From contig OX597827.1 of assembly GCA_951406725.2 (NCBI GenBank), positions 81,468,001-81,532,000 of the forward strand: a DNA stretch of 64,000 bases. Direction: 5' to 3'. Each line of letters starts with the position of its first letter. Position 1 is the first letter of the stretch. Source of the stretch: Octopus vulgaris. Lineage: Eukaryota. Positions 1 to 12,786 of this stretch are shown here, piece after piece. A program made the translations under genes and the position numbers. The notes under the pieces are model-generated. The model did not search any database and had not been told where the DNA came from. It worked only from the letters and a program-made list of their open reading frames with translations.

Positions 1-869
1 CAAGAAACCTTGCAGCCATATAAGGAAGTATTTTCTAATGTGTGTAGCACTGTAGTCTCCTGTCAGCCCCTCACCCTGGTCCCTTGTCATTATGCTGTCT
101 TCTGTTTGCCGACAATGTGACAACATTCTAGGGTAGAGGTGACTCTTTAGGTTTCCTGGGAACAAACAACCCCTCTGTTGCTGGGGCCACAGTAAAATAC
201 TCTCAGTATACTCTGTAACAGGGCTGGCAAGTGACAGGAGTTGACATAGGGTTGAGGGATTTCTTTAGTCTTGTCATGGATGTGGTAACATGACAAGCGC
301 TGATACCATGATAAAAGTCATCCAATACACTCCATAGGGCAACAAGATGTAAAAAAAACCCAAAAAACATGCAAACAGGGGACCTAACAGCAAGTCATGC
401 TCCACAAAGCCATCTAGGAGGGTTGGAACTCTTCATATGAACTTCTTTGGTCAATGATGGCCCATCCAACCCGCAGACATATAGTTCATAGTGGTGGGTG
501 TGGTAGGGGTATTGTCGTTGTTGTTAGTTTGTGGCAGTTGTGATGATGGTGATGATCAACAAAAACAGTCATAATGAGGACAAGCTAAAGTGGGAAACCT
601 CTAACTGGTTGGTCAGCTGGCAAGAAATAGTGACTAAGTCCCCCTAACATACACTCTACTTTCTTAAATAGGAAGGTCACATTGGATAAAGTAGTCCTAT
701 ATATACAGTGTCAGAAAACAATACAAAACTGTAGTCATGTGTTTCAGGCTTCATTTGTGTATATATGTGTGTTTGTCTGTCCATCTTACCTATATACCTA
801 TCTACTTATCTATCTGTTTATTTGCAAATCCATTTACCTTCTTAGCCTACTAATAACTCAACTTGTGTA

Positions 870-1816
870 TATATAAATTGTGGGTATTGAGGATGTTTCA
901 TTTATGAGGACGTACCCTGTATTTGTCCAGGTGTTGGCTCCTTTGCGTTTTTGGATAAAGTACAGATGTGGAGTCGACTCAGTGTGCCTCCATGATGGTC
1001 TTTGGCATGTTGGTAGCGTATGGAGGACTGTTTTTTGTCATCATATTGTCTCAAATGTTCATTTAGTCCCTCTGCAATGCTTCTAGATGTCTCACCAATG
1101 TATATCATGTTCCTGTCTTTACAAGCACCCTCTATGCACCTTAAGCTGTAGACTAAATTTCTAGTTCTGCAGTTAATGCCAGGGTTAGTCTTACATACCA
1201 TGCAGTTATCATGTGGCATTCTGGAAAGGGTACATCCTACATAGTTGTGATCTGATGGAGCTTCCTGGTTCATCAATGATCTTAATGTTGAGTTTGGTTT
1301 CCTTCAGAGCTTTCCTAAATCTTTGGGCTAGTTCTCCATGGGCTGTGGCCTCTATGAACATTGCTCCTTGATATTTGTCAGTCTTGTACCACATGTTCAC
1401 CCTGTTTGCTTTGTCACAAACTTTTTGTATTTTATTCCCGTTTTTACTTCTATATCTAGGGTAGGTACCACTGGTTTATTACATATAATGCTATCTAACT
1501 TCTTTCTAGCTCCCCTGTATACCCGAATCCTATCGTTCTGGTCATATCCAGAGAATTGCATGCAGTGCATGAAGTTCTGTGCATGTTTCTCTGTTTCATA
1601 GGGTTTGCATAGTGGGGACACATGGTTCATTATCTTAACTAAGTCTACTATCAGCATTTTGATTTTCATGCTGTGTGACAAAGCTGAGTTCCAGTGGACA
1701 ACATATTTAGAAGCTATGGATTTCATGTAATGGGAGTGGAAGAGCTGCACTCTGTTGTACACAGTTCAGTATCAAGGACAGGGAATCTATTGTTAGGGTG
1801 CCTACTAGGGTAATCT
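870..1816 (-). mobile_element. Degenerate Penelope-like retroelement fragment (RT C-terminal region plus GIY-YIG endonuclease)
   Basis: ORF 902-1276 has CRTRNLVYSLRC...IYIGETSRSI...LNEH (GIY-YIG). ORFs 1209-1400 and 1397-1762 resemble the PLE RT thumb/linker. Frameshifted; abuts a (TA)n run at ~1826. Confidence 0.8.
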
Positions 1817-1821
1817 ATGGT

Positions 1822-1859
<38 letters not shown>

Positions 1860-2351
1860 CAACAAAACTTTTATATCTTGGACACACACACATTATATAT
1901 ATAGAGATATGTATATATAAGTGTATATATATATGTGTGTGTGTGTGTGTGTATAAATATGTATGTATATATATATGTATACACACACACATGCATATAC
2001 ACACAAACACACACACATATGTACAGTTGAAGGTAAATAAATATGTGTAGGGGGTCCATAGACTTTCCTGTATGATGACTACTAATGTGAACTAACAATG
2101 GCTAACGTGGCAGATAATTTTAATGTCAAGCTTTTTCCTTTTCTTGCAGATCAATCTGATGTCTACATGATGTTTACCTGATGTCCACTTAATGTCCACT
2201 TGGTATCTATTATTCTTCCCACTTTATTATACCTAATACCTTTCAACATTATGCCTTCAATATCATCATTCTGGGAGAGACCACTGCTGTTCCTTTTGTT
2301 CCAGTTACCATATATGGAATTACATGTCTCAGTGTTGTACTAAGCAAAGTG

Positions 2352-4777
2352 ATGGAAGGAGGAATGCCAGGTCGACAGTTGATCATTCAAATAAATATTT
2401 TGGTTGCATTACTACACTCCTGCATTTCAATTAACCTCGAGTACCATGTCGATGAAGAAAGTAGTCCCCAAACATTTATTGGAGATGTTGCTGCTGATGC
2501 CATGCTTGGTGACAGTGGATCTCTGACAGACAGAGATCTACTAACATATAACCAACTTCAGCGAGAATGGATGGAAAGTTCCCAGTTGTTCAATGTCACT
2601 AAAGATGGTAAATTGTACACGGCACACACAATTGATGCTGAGTCTCTGTGCAACCGAGGAAACAATGTTTCAAATACATTAAAATAGCTGTAAACAAGGC
2701 CAAGTCTTTTATGAAGATTCTGAAAGTCAAAGTAATTATAGAAGACATTAACGATCACAGCCCTGAGTTTCCTCAGAAACAAATAAATGTTACGTATGAT
2801 GAAGATGATGGAGAAGGAGCCGAAAGATTAATTCCAGATGCCATTGACAAAGATGTTGGAATGGAAAACTCAGAAATTACATATAAATTGAAGAAACAAT
2901 TTAACGACCCATTTATATTGTCTGTGAGAAAAACCATCACAGGAAGAGCAAAGATAGGAATTGTTCTTGGAGACAAACTAGACAGAGAAATCAAAGATAG
3001 TTACAATCTAGAAGTGATAGCTAATGATGGAGGGCAACCTTCAAAACAAGGAATTCTACATGTTCATATTAAAATAAATGATGTGAATGATAACTCACCA
3101 GTTTTTTCAAAACATATTTACAATATTTCCATCAAAAATACACATCCTAACAACAACCCTATTTTGACATTGTCTGCAAAAGACCCAGATTCTGGCAATA
3201 ATGGTAAAGTGTCTTATTATTTCAGTTCAGAAACACCAGACAAAGCTAAAAAATGTTATATTTTAAAAAAACATTCCGGAAAACTGTTTATCACAGAAAA
3301 TTTCTCAAAAGAGAGAGATCGCATTTATGAATTATATGTGGAGGCCAAAGATGGAGGGAATCCATCCTTAAATTCCTTTGCCATTGTACGGGTGAATGTT
3401 CTCAATGAAAAGAACCATCCTCCCAAAATAGAGATCCATTTTGTGTCTGAATTGAAGAAGGACACTGCAGCTATTTACGAAGGAACTAAAGTGGGCAGTT
3501 ATCTAGCTTATGTGAATGTGGTGGACAACGATGTTGGAGCAAATGGAGAAGTGAGTTGTAAATTAGAACATGATAAGGTTGTCTTCTTACATTTAGGATC
3601 AAAGGAATACAAGATTACTCTGAAGAAACCACTTGACAGAGAAAAATTAGACCATTTTAACATGAGAATTGTGTGTGAAGACAATGGAAGCCCTGCTTTA
3701 AAGACGGAGAGAAAGATCTCAATCCAAGTAATGGATGTGAACGATGTGCAACCGCAATTTACCAAAGATACATTCCACTTCCTCACCTATGAGAATGGTA
3801 AAGCAAACTTTCCTATAGGTTTTATCAATGCCACTGACCCAGACCTGGCAAGTGCTGGTCAACTGACGTTCTCACTGTTGAGTAAAGACAGAAATAACAT
3901 ACCGTTCCAGGTTAGTGATTATGGTTTTATTACCAGCAACATACCATTGGACAGAGAAGAAGAAGACATGTATAAGTTTGAGGTTTTTGTCAAAGACAAT
4001 GGTAAACCGTCGTTGAATAACACAGCGAATGTTGTTGTTGAGGTTTTAGACAGAAACGACAATAATCCGTATTTCATCTACCCTACAACTGACCCTTTCC
4101 ATATCAATGTCCACTACCATCCGCAAAGTACCAATGCCATCACTGTGATTAGAGCGTCTGACAGAGACAGTCATTTAAATGCGTTCCTCAAATATGGAAT
4201 ACTTGACGGTAACAATAAACGCTTGTTTACACTCAACTCTTTAACTGGTCAAATGTCTTTCTCGCGTGCACCTCATCTCAACGATGCTGGCTCATACGAA
4301 CTGGTGCTTGTGGTCAAGGATTCTGGAAACCCAGTGTTGTCAGCCACAACTACTGTGTCTTTGTCATTAAGGGTCACTAACAAGACATCAGCACCGATGC
4401 CGACTGTCCACTTAGAGAAGAACAGAACACTGGACGTACCATTATTGATTATCCTTGTAGTAGCAGCTGTAATAGTAGCTGTGGTGATTGTAGTGTCGAT
4501 CACACTGTGTATTGTGAAATGTAGCAGTGGTCAGTCTCGCTCTGCCAAGAGCACTAGGAAAGGTGTTAATAGGTCAGCTATATGTAACAGAATTGATCAA
4601 CCTTTACCGTGTCAGAGCAGCAGTATTCCTGGTACCCCAGTGAGGTACTCTTCTGAGATGAATAATAGAAACATGCCATTTGTGGAATGTAAGGAAGATT
4701 TCTACCCGCAGTATGAATCTCAGATTGATTGGTCAAACGTGGGTTCCTTGGAGAAGAGTCCACCCAATACAATATTG
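2352..4777 (+). CDS. Protocadherin copy A, large exon (signal peptide, 6 cadherin repeats, TM, cytoplasmic part), interrupted by a 1-nt deletion at ~2652
   Basis: ORF 2349-2687 (signal peptide, FIGDVAAD) joins ORF 2648-4795 (DINDHSPEF, LDRE, DVNDNSPVF, AxDxD motifs, hydrophobic TM). Acceptor ctttttccttttcttgcag ends at 2149; donor TTG|GTAAGT at 4777/4778 is phase 0. TGCAACCG here versus TGCAAACCG in copy B. Confidence 0.9.
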
Positions 4778-4908
4778 GTAAGTTGCATTATATAATCTTT
4801 CTATCTGTCTATTTATCTATCTATATGTCTCTGTGTTTATCTGTCTGTCTATCCATGTAACTTTCTATATGTCTATTATTTTATATTATATATGTGTGAA
4901 TAATAATA

Positions 4909-4976
4909 ATAATAATAATGAAATTATTGTATACAGTGCTCAGGTGCACCACGACTTGTCAGAAAGTGCGTATAAT
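4909..4976 (-). mobile_element. 3' tip of a CR1/L2-type LINE with (TTA)n tail
   Basis: Nearly identical to 8240-8306, the 3' end of the LINE at 8240-9930. Confidence 0.7.
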
Positions 4977-5729
4977 ATGTATTTAACATCATCAAATATA
5001 CTTAACCCTAATCACTCCTGTCATTGTTCCTCACTACATTTTCTTCTACCCCATCCACTTCCTCATCATCAACCTCCTGCATGTCCCTCTCCCCCTCTCC
5101 TCTTCCTTTTTGCCTTCCTTATAATCATTGCAGAGCCCTAAATTCGAATTTGTGCTCTCTCACACAAGCCCTACTCCCTATTGTCATTCATCAAAATGAA
5201 TAACATTATTTGCTGTCCCCCAAAACCAGCCCTCAAGATGTGATAATATGTGAGTTTGGAAGAGACCATTACTCTTTTCGTTTATAGACTTAATCTGTTG
5301 TCCAGTTAAACACCATCACTTGGCTGTGGCTATCCTAAATAGGGTCCAAACACATGTCAACATTCCAACCCTTTAACTTACTCTCTTCTTTCCAGCAGTC
5401 ACAGAACCCCTAAATTGGTTTTTAAGGAAACACCTCCTTCCTCTCACTAAGTCATGTAACAAGTTACCATATATAACGATCTGTTACACTGGCCATAATA
5501 GTTTTGGTAACTTTAATTAATAAAGTTGATGGGAAAGAGCTGAGATCCTATCTACTCCCTCACAAAACTTTTTAGGTTTGTCATTATCTATGTTCTGGTA
5601 TTCTTCACCTTCAGTGTGTGATTCCCACTTCTAAAAGCTTTCTTCTTCTTATTAAGGACAGTTTGTTGAGATGCTTATGAAATATGCAGAGTTTAGACAT
5701 GTTTATGTGTTGTATACAATGTTTATCAA

Positions 5730-6642
5730 AAGGGGTCAAATCAAAAGCTCTGCGAACTAGTTATGTTTAATAAAAAATAACTTATTTACCTAAGTTTTTA
5801 TCTCATCACCTTTGAAATAGTCAACCTTGCACAATAATACACTGGTCCCTGATTTCCAGCCAGTTTTGGTATCCAGCCTGGAAGTCATTTTCCATAAGTG
5901 AGCTGAGGATCTTCTGTTTCACTCTTGATCTTGACAACAGTATTAAAATGGTGGCCTTTGAGCTGCATTTTCATCTTGGGGGAAGAGAGGGAACTCCACA
6001 GGTGCCTAAATCTGGTGAAGAGGGCAGGTGAAGAAGTGGTACCATGTTGTTTTTTGGCAAGAAACTCATGAATGAGGAGAGCTCTGTGACAAGGTGCATT
6101 GTCATCATGAAGATCCATTACTTTGCGTTCCACAGATTTGGTTGTTATCACCAAGTGCCCTCCCTCAAATGCTCGAAACGTTACAGTAGAACTCTCAATT
6201 GATGATCTGACCCTGGGGGGATGAATTCTTGATGCACAATACCACATTTCCAAGGGTGACACTTGTGCCAGGTCTTCCAGGTTCATTCTTCTGCTTTTGA
6301 AGCACCCATGCCACTCCAAAACATTACGTACAACCCATTGCCTCATCATCACTGTAAGCTTACTGAAGTATGTTCGATGTTTCTGCAGCAGACTTCCCAA
6401 GATTAACCAAAATTTTATGTTGGCTCTTTGTTCCTCTCCATGATAGAATTGCAGATTACAGCAGACACACGTGATCACAAAAACACAAATTTCACAACTT
6501 GTGAAGTAAGCACAGCAATGTTGCTTGGTACACTGCCCCATGAAGGTCACTGCTAGCTCTGTATTGTGCATGCAACCATGTGCTGTGATCTGTTGGGACA
6601 CTGCAGAACTAGTCCAGGAACTTTTTAATACCACATCATATA
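5730..6642 (-). mobile_element. Degenerate mariner transposon
   Basis: ORF 5885-6634 contains EQRANIKF, EWH..FKS and HDDNAPCHRA mariner-like motifs. Eroded terminal inverted repeats share actagtt. Confidence 0.75.
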
Positions 6643-6791
6643 CAATATATACAGTATGCAGACATGTTTATATGTATTATTTGCAGAATTTAGACAAGTT
6701 TATTAAATATATGAGGTCTTTATATGCAACACAATGTATATTCATGTTTATGACATATAGTAATGTGTGTGTATATGTGTACATATATATA

Positions 6792-6858
<67 letters not shown>

Positions 6859-7173
6859 TTATATATATACATATATATATAAAATGAGATAGGGGTTGAA
6901 AATTCAACCCACCATGGGATAATATATATCCAATATACTGCTAGATAGGTACCCAACAAAATTAATACATAGATGTTAAAAATTGTCAAGCAATCAGTTC
7001 ATCTATTGTATTAAATGGGTAAAGGTAATAATATTACCGTAAATTAATACTACAAAATTAGAGAATGGAGAATCTCTAATTTTGTAGTACATATATATAT
7101 ATATATTTACATATAGATATATAGATATATATCTATATATATATACATATATATATATAAATATATATATTTA

Positions 7174-7211
<38 letters not shown>

Positions 7212-7281
7212 TATATATTTATCTATATTTATATGTATATTTTTATATATATATATAAGTATATATATATATCTATATCTA

Positions 7282-7342
<61 letters not shown>

Positions 7343-7344
<2 letters not shown>

Positions 7345-7905
7345 TAGCAGCTAAGCCCAGTTTCACTCAGTCGGTCTGGATGATGTGGCTGTAAAACCTG
7401 CTCTGTGTAAGCATTCGACTTATTTGGGCACATTTACATTAAAAAACAATTTTAGAATGACTTTTTTCTGTCAAAACGCTAAAAATAACTGACCAACAAC
7501 AACAAAAAACCAACTAAGATTCAACCAAATGAAAAAATAAACTCAAATACTAAGTGAACAAAGATGAACCTTCCTACTTCCTTGTACACACACACACAGC
7601 CGCCTTTTACATACACACACAAAATGCTGTTTTGATTTATTTTTTTCAGCGTACAATCTTCATCATCCAACTACCAAGTATGACATCACCCTTCCTTCCT
7701 TATTCATCTATCACCCCCTTCTTTCTCATTCATTAACACAAGTGTATGATTATAGAAGATTATCTCAGTAACCATGGGAGCTTTGAAAAGAATACAAAGC
7801 CCAGCATCACCACCAGATCATTGTAATTTTTTGCGCATTTCCACCCAACTGTTTGACCATGAATCCCCAGACAAGAAAGAATTACCCATGTCAAATTTAT
7901 ATGTA
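7343..7905 (+). mobile_element. Non-autonomous Helitron/Helentron-like repeat inserted in (TA)n
   Basis: Starts ctagcagctaagcccagtttcactcag, similar in style to the start of 51624 (actagcagtatcgcccagcattgctcgggt). Both are bounded by TA runs. Classification is inferred. Confidence 0.4.
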
Positions 7906-7907
7906 TA

Positions 7908-8175
7908 TATAAAGTATATGCAGTAATGTACAAATGTCTGGAAAGCGAATAATGTATGAGTCAGATACATGCTTGCGTGTGTATGGAGGGGAGAAAATCA
8001 GGTGTAGTGTTGGCAAATCTCAGGAAGCATGGAAGTTTTGAAGGATGCAGTACTCCGACAACTAACAACTGATGCTGGCAGTTTGTTCCATGCTTCAGCA
8101 ACTCTTAGTGTGAAAAAATGTTTCCAAAAGTCATGGGAGCTGTGCTGTTTTCTGACTTTGTAAACATGTCCATGG

Positions 8176-8179
<4 letters not shown>
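7908..8179 (-). repeat. Direct duplicate of a LINE 3' segment
   Basis: Near-identical to ~8302-8573; ends abruptly in a (TA)n run. Confidence 0.85.
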
Positions 8180-8223
<44 letters not shown>

Positions 8224-8239
8224 TGTTATATATATAATA

Positions 8240-9930
8240 GTAATAATAATGAAATTATTGTATACAGTGCTCAGGTGCACCACAACTTGTCAGACAGTGC
8301 GTATAAAGTATATGCAGTAATGTACAAATGTCTGGAAAGCGAATAATGTATGAGTCAGATACATGCTGGCGTGTGTATGGAGGGGAGAAAATCAGGTGTA
8401 GTGTTGGCGAATCTCAGGAAGCATGGAAGTTTTGAAGGATGCAGTGCTCCGACAACTAACAACTGATGCTGGCAGTTTGTTCCATGCTTCAGCAACTCTT
8501 AGTGTGAAAAAATGTTTCCAAAAGTCATGGGAGCTGTGCTGTTTTCTGACTTTGTAAACATGTCCATGGGTGTTAGACAGGTGGAGTTTGAAAAGGTGCT
8601 CAGAGTTATTGTTTGTAAGATGGTTAATAATTTTATGGGTGTCTGCCAAGTCAGCTGCCAGACGTCGGAGTTTCAGTGTATCGATGCCCAGGGAAGTAAA
8701 GCGTTCAGAATATGGCAAATGCCTGATGGAGGGTATTCTTTTGGTTGTACGTCGCTGAGCGGCTTCCAGACGATTAATATCCTGGGCAAGATAGGGGTTC
8801 CAGACCGGTGATGCAAATTCCAGGTGAGGTCTTACCATAGCTATATAAAGCCACAGATAGATAGCCAGAGAGCGGCTCACAAAGGACTTGGTGAGTGATG
8901 CCAAGACACCCTCAGCCTTCTTGACAATTTTAGCGATGTGTTTTGTCCAACGCAAATCGCTGTCGACAATAACACCCAGGTCACGTTCACACGAAGACTT
9001 TTTGAGATTAGTGTTGTGGAGGGAGTAAGTGGATGCTGGGTTTCTCCTCCCAAAATGCATGGTGGTACATTTGTCCACAGCCAGCTTGAGTTGCCAGTCC
9101 ATGATCCACTGCTGCATTGTGTCCAGGTCTGCTTGCAATAGAGATCTATAGTGTACAGGATCTGACCTCTTTATTTCGCAGTACAGCTTGATGTCATCTG
9201 CATATTTCAGCACTGTGGCATTCTTTAAGTTGGCATCTATGTCATTAACATATGCAACAAATAAAAGGGGGCCAAGAACAAGATCCCTATAGTACACCAG
9301 ATGTCATCTCATAGGGCGAAGAGTGCTGTCCTAGAACTATGACAACCACTTTTTGGCAGATAATGAAGGACTTCAACCAGTTATAGAGATCGTCTCTTAC
9401 ACCTATTGCAGAGAGTTTCACCATAAGTCTTTTGTGTGGCACAGAATTAAAAGCCTTAGCAAAGTCCAGGTAAACAACATCCACCCAGGATCTGCGATCA
9501 GTGATTTGGGTAATGTCCTCAAGAAACTTGATGAGTTGATTACAGCAGCTGGAGTTAGGAATAAAACCAAATTGTTATGGCTGGATGAGGCTGTGAGACT
9601 TCCAGAAGTTCCAGAGAGTTTCCCTGACACAGGATCCCATCAGTTTGGTGATGCAGCTAGTAAGATTAACAGGGCGATAGTTGACAGGTGATGTGAGGTC
9701 ACCTTTTTTGAACAGAGGGATAACACTGGCAGTTTTCCACTGCTCTGGAGTAACACCATTGTCAAGACAGAATTGGAAGAATAGAGAAAGTTGGCTTAGA
9801 AGAAAGTACCCACCGTGTTTGAGAAGTAGGTATGTAACACCATCGAGACCAGGAGAGGCATAGTTGTGTTTATTCTTAAGTTGGCATTGTAGCATTGCTG
9901 GTGTAAATTGCATAGTAGATATAGAGTTTG
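8240..9930 (-). mobile_element. 5'-truncated CR1/L2-type LINE, reverse transcriptase ORF2 broken by frameshifts
   Basis: ORFs 9575-9913 (SPGLDG, VIPLFKKGD, NYRPVNLTS), 9287-9484 (VYLDFAKAFNSVPH) and 8392-9297 (LGPLLF, YADDIKLY, RDLGV, VRPHLEF); (TTA)n tail at ~8240. Confidence 0.92.
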
Positions 9931-10444
9931 GTGCCAGTGGTGATGAAGAATGTTCTGAAGTATAGTGTTCACATCTCCAGAGGCATAAAATTCGAGCCAG
10001 TTTGGGCGTTGCAGCTCAGTACAATAAGAGCTCCAATATGTAGATATATGTACAATATACAGTATTAAATATCAACACATAATTAATGAAACAGATGGAC
10101 AAATCATTATTTCAAACCAACTGAGATTCATTTTACTCAGCAATATTCTCCCATTTTTCTATCTTCATATAAGGAGAGTTCGTCTCTTTCTCTTGCTCAC
10201 ATCTATGAAAGGAAAACAGATGTCATTGTCCTTGTGCTGTCTTGCTAGAAGCCACTTCCTCATGTAGCAGGGCTTTCAAGGTCCTTCAGTTCAAGATGTG
10301 ATATACAAAGTGGCCCATCTGGTAGTAGTGTTGTTGTTGCAGGATGAAGAATATGAGAGTCTGTACGTAAGCCAGAGTGTGCTTACGTCAGCAGACAGGT
10401 CTCTGGTGAATACTTCACATACTCTTATCTGCCTCACATCAAAC

Positions 10445-10610
<166 letters not shown>

Positions 10611-10715
10611 TATATACATACATATATATATATATATATATACATATATATATGTGTGTGTATATATATACATATATATATGTGTATATATATATATGTG
10701 TGTATATATATATAC

Positions 10716-10748
<33 letters not shown>

Positions 10749-10886
10749 GGGAGATGTACTCGCATAGCAAGTAATTTGATCTGAGATCGTGTGCTGAAAC
10801 GAAAACAATTGCAGCGTGGAAGGTGTTTGTAAGCCATTTAAGAAACACACAAAAGCCGTTCGATTCACTTCACCATTTAAGTTTAA

Positions 10887-10936
10887 TTTGTCAAAATATT
10901 TTCGTCGCTAAAATCCGCGACCTGTTCACTGACAAA
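10887..10936 (-). ncRNA. Minimal type I hammerhead ribozyme-like motif, G3-C8 core variant
   Basis: Minus strand reads UUUGUCA GUGAACA G GUCGC-ggauuuua-GCGAC GAAA AUAU UU UGACAAA: 7-bp stem I, 5-bp stem II, palindromic stem III. Confidence 0.6.
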
Positions 10937-11151
10937 AATCCGTGCTGCATCTGAGAAAGTAACAGTTAGTTCGTCCATGGTGTTATACACACACATACAT
11001 ATATACATACATACATGCATACACAGGCGTATGTACGTACATGCACACATACATACATACATGCATACATATGTGTATGCATACATACACACATACATAC
11101 GTACATATATATGATGAACTAACTGTTACTTTCTCAGATGCAGCACGGATT

Positions 11152-11201
11152 TTTGTCAGTGAACAGGTCGCGGATTTTAGCAACGAAAATATTTTGACAA
11201 A
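11152..11201 (+). ncRNA. Second copy of the G3-C8 hammerhead-like motif
   Basis: tttgtca gtgaaca g gtcgc ggatttta gcaac gaaa atat tt tgacaaa; one C-A mismatch in stem II. Confidence 0.55.
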
Positions 11202-12786
11202 TTAAACTTAAATGGTGAAGTGAATCTAACGGCTTTTGTGTGTTTCTTAAATGGCTTACAAACACCTTCCACGCTGCAATTGTTATATATATATATGTGT
11301 GTGTATATATATATATATATATACATACATATACATATATACATACATATAAATATACACACACACACACGCACACACACACACACACAGAAAGATGCAG
11401 GCATGGTTGAATGGTAAAACGTTTGCTTCTCAACCATATGGCTTTGAGTTCAGTTCCAGCAAGATCTTCCAATCCAGCCAATCAATGCCTTGTGAGTGAA
11501 TTTGGTGAATTTGGTTGGCTGTGACAGAACAAATGATGTTGCAGATTTATATACTTGTGTTTATCAGGTGTGTTTGTCCCCATCACCACTTAACTGGTGT
11601 TGGTTTGTTGACAGCCCTGTGACTTAATAGTTTGCACAAAAAGAGCCTTGTAGAATGAGTACTATTCATGGTAGTGCCCCAGCATGGCCAGAGTTCAATG
11701 ATTGAAAGAAGTAAAAGATAAAAAATATATAACACAATAAGCTCCATCTAAGCCATGCAAACTTGGAAAAGAGGATGTTACAATGACGATGATGAGGATG
11801 ATGCTGATGACGACGACAACAGAGATGAGGATGACGATGATGACAAGGATGAGAACAATGATGAGATGACAACGAGGATGATGATAATAAAAACGATGAC
11901 AGCAAGGATGACGATGACGGCAATGATGATGATGGTGGTGATGATGATTATTTGGAACCTGGTTCCCTAGTTACAGTGACCCTGTGTCAGTGACCAGGTC
12001 ACAGTTATATAATGAAAATTTTGACACTTCATGAAATACTTTCAATCTAAAGTGAATTCATCTTCTTTGCTGTCTTACGCAATGTCTCTCCAAGAGTTTT
12101 GTTGCTTCGGTCTTGAAACGCATGGCCTCAGATCAACTCACTTGATAGACAAGCACAACTCTGAAATTTTAATTAACTTTTTCTTTTTAATTAAAAAAAT
12201 AAAAATAAAATTAATTAGTTAAAATATTTTTTAAAAGTTTTAATTAATTTTTCATTAATTCAAAAATTTTGGTGTGATGGGGACAGAATCTGAGTCTTTG
12301 ATATTCAAAACATGAAGTAACAAAAAAGGTCAGAATAAGGTTGATGAAATACATAGAAAACCAAACAAGTGTCAACCTCTCACTGCCTCTTTGCTCCTCT
12401 CTCTCTCTTTCTCTATTGCTTGCATCACTCCATGTCTTCTATTTGCAAATCATTCTCTCTTCCTATGAGCATATTCTCTCTCTCACTCTTTTTCTATCTC
12501 TCTCTCTGTCACACACACAGAGTCAAAAGGTGAGAGCTAGAAATATTCAGTATAGGAAACATGTAGTAGTGCCCTGAAGTGTTTACTGTGTAAAGAGTAG
12601 CCATGAAAGAAATCCAGGTGAGATGATATGGAGACAGCAATGCTAATATAAACACGATATATATGAAAACATACAAATACCCATATAGATACACACACAC
12701 ACACACATGTCGATAGATATATATACATACATACATACATACATATAATGAAATATATGATAAACACAAACACACACATATATATG

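Larger units (their letters stand above)
10805..11284. repeat. Inverted repeat with ~170-bp arms (10805-10975 and 11113-11284) around a microsatellite spacer; probable Penelope pseudo-LTR pair
   Basis: Arms are reverse complements with only a few mismatches, and each holds a hammerhead-like fold. Confidence 0.85.

Noticed and set aside
2773-4772. Minus-strand ORFs conserved between copies A, B and C
   Set aside because: They are antisense shadows of the near-identical Pcdh coding sequence.
4778-4795. ORF-track C-termini VSCII* and VSCIIYYIV* as true protein ends
   Set aside because: They start exactly at a consensus GTAAGT donor and A/B identity ends 17 nt later, so they are more likely intron; an unspliced isoform is not excluded.
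11755-11970. Asp-rich and His/Ser-rich ORFs
   Set aside because: Degenerate (GAT/GAC)n tail of a retroposon copy.
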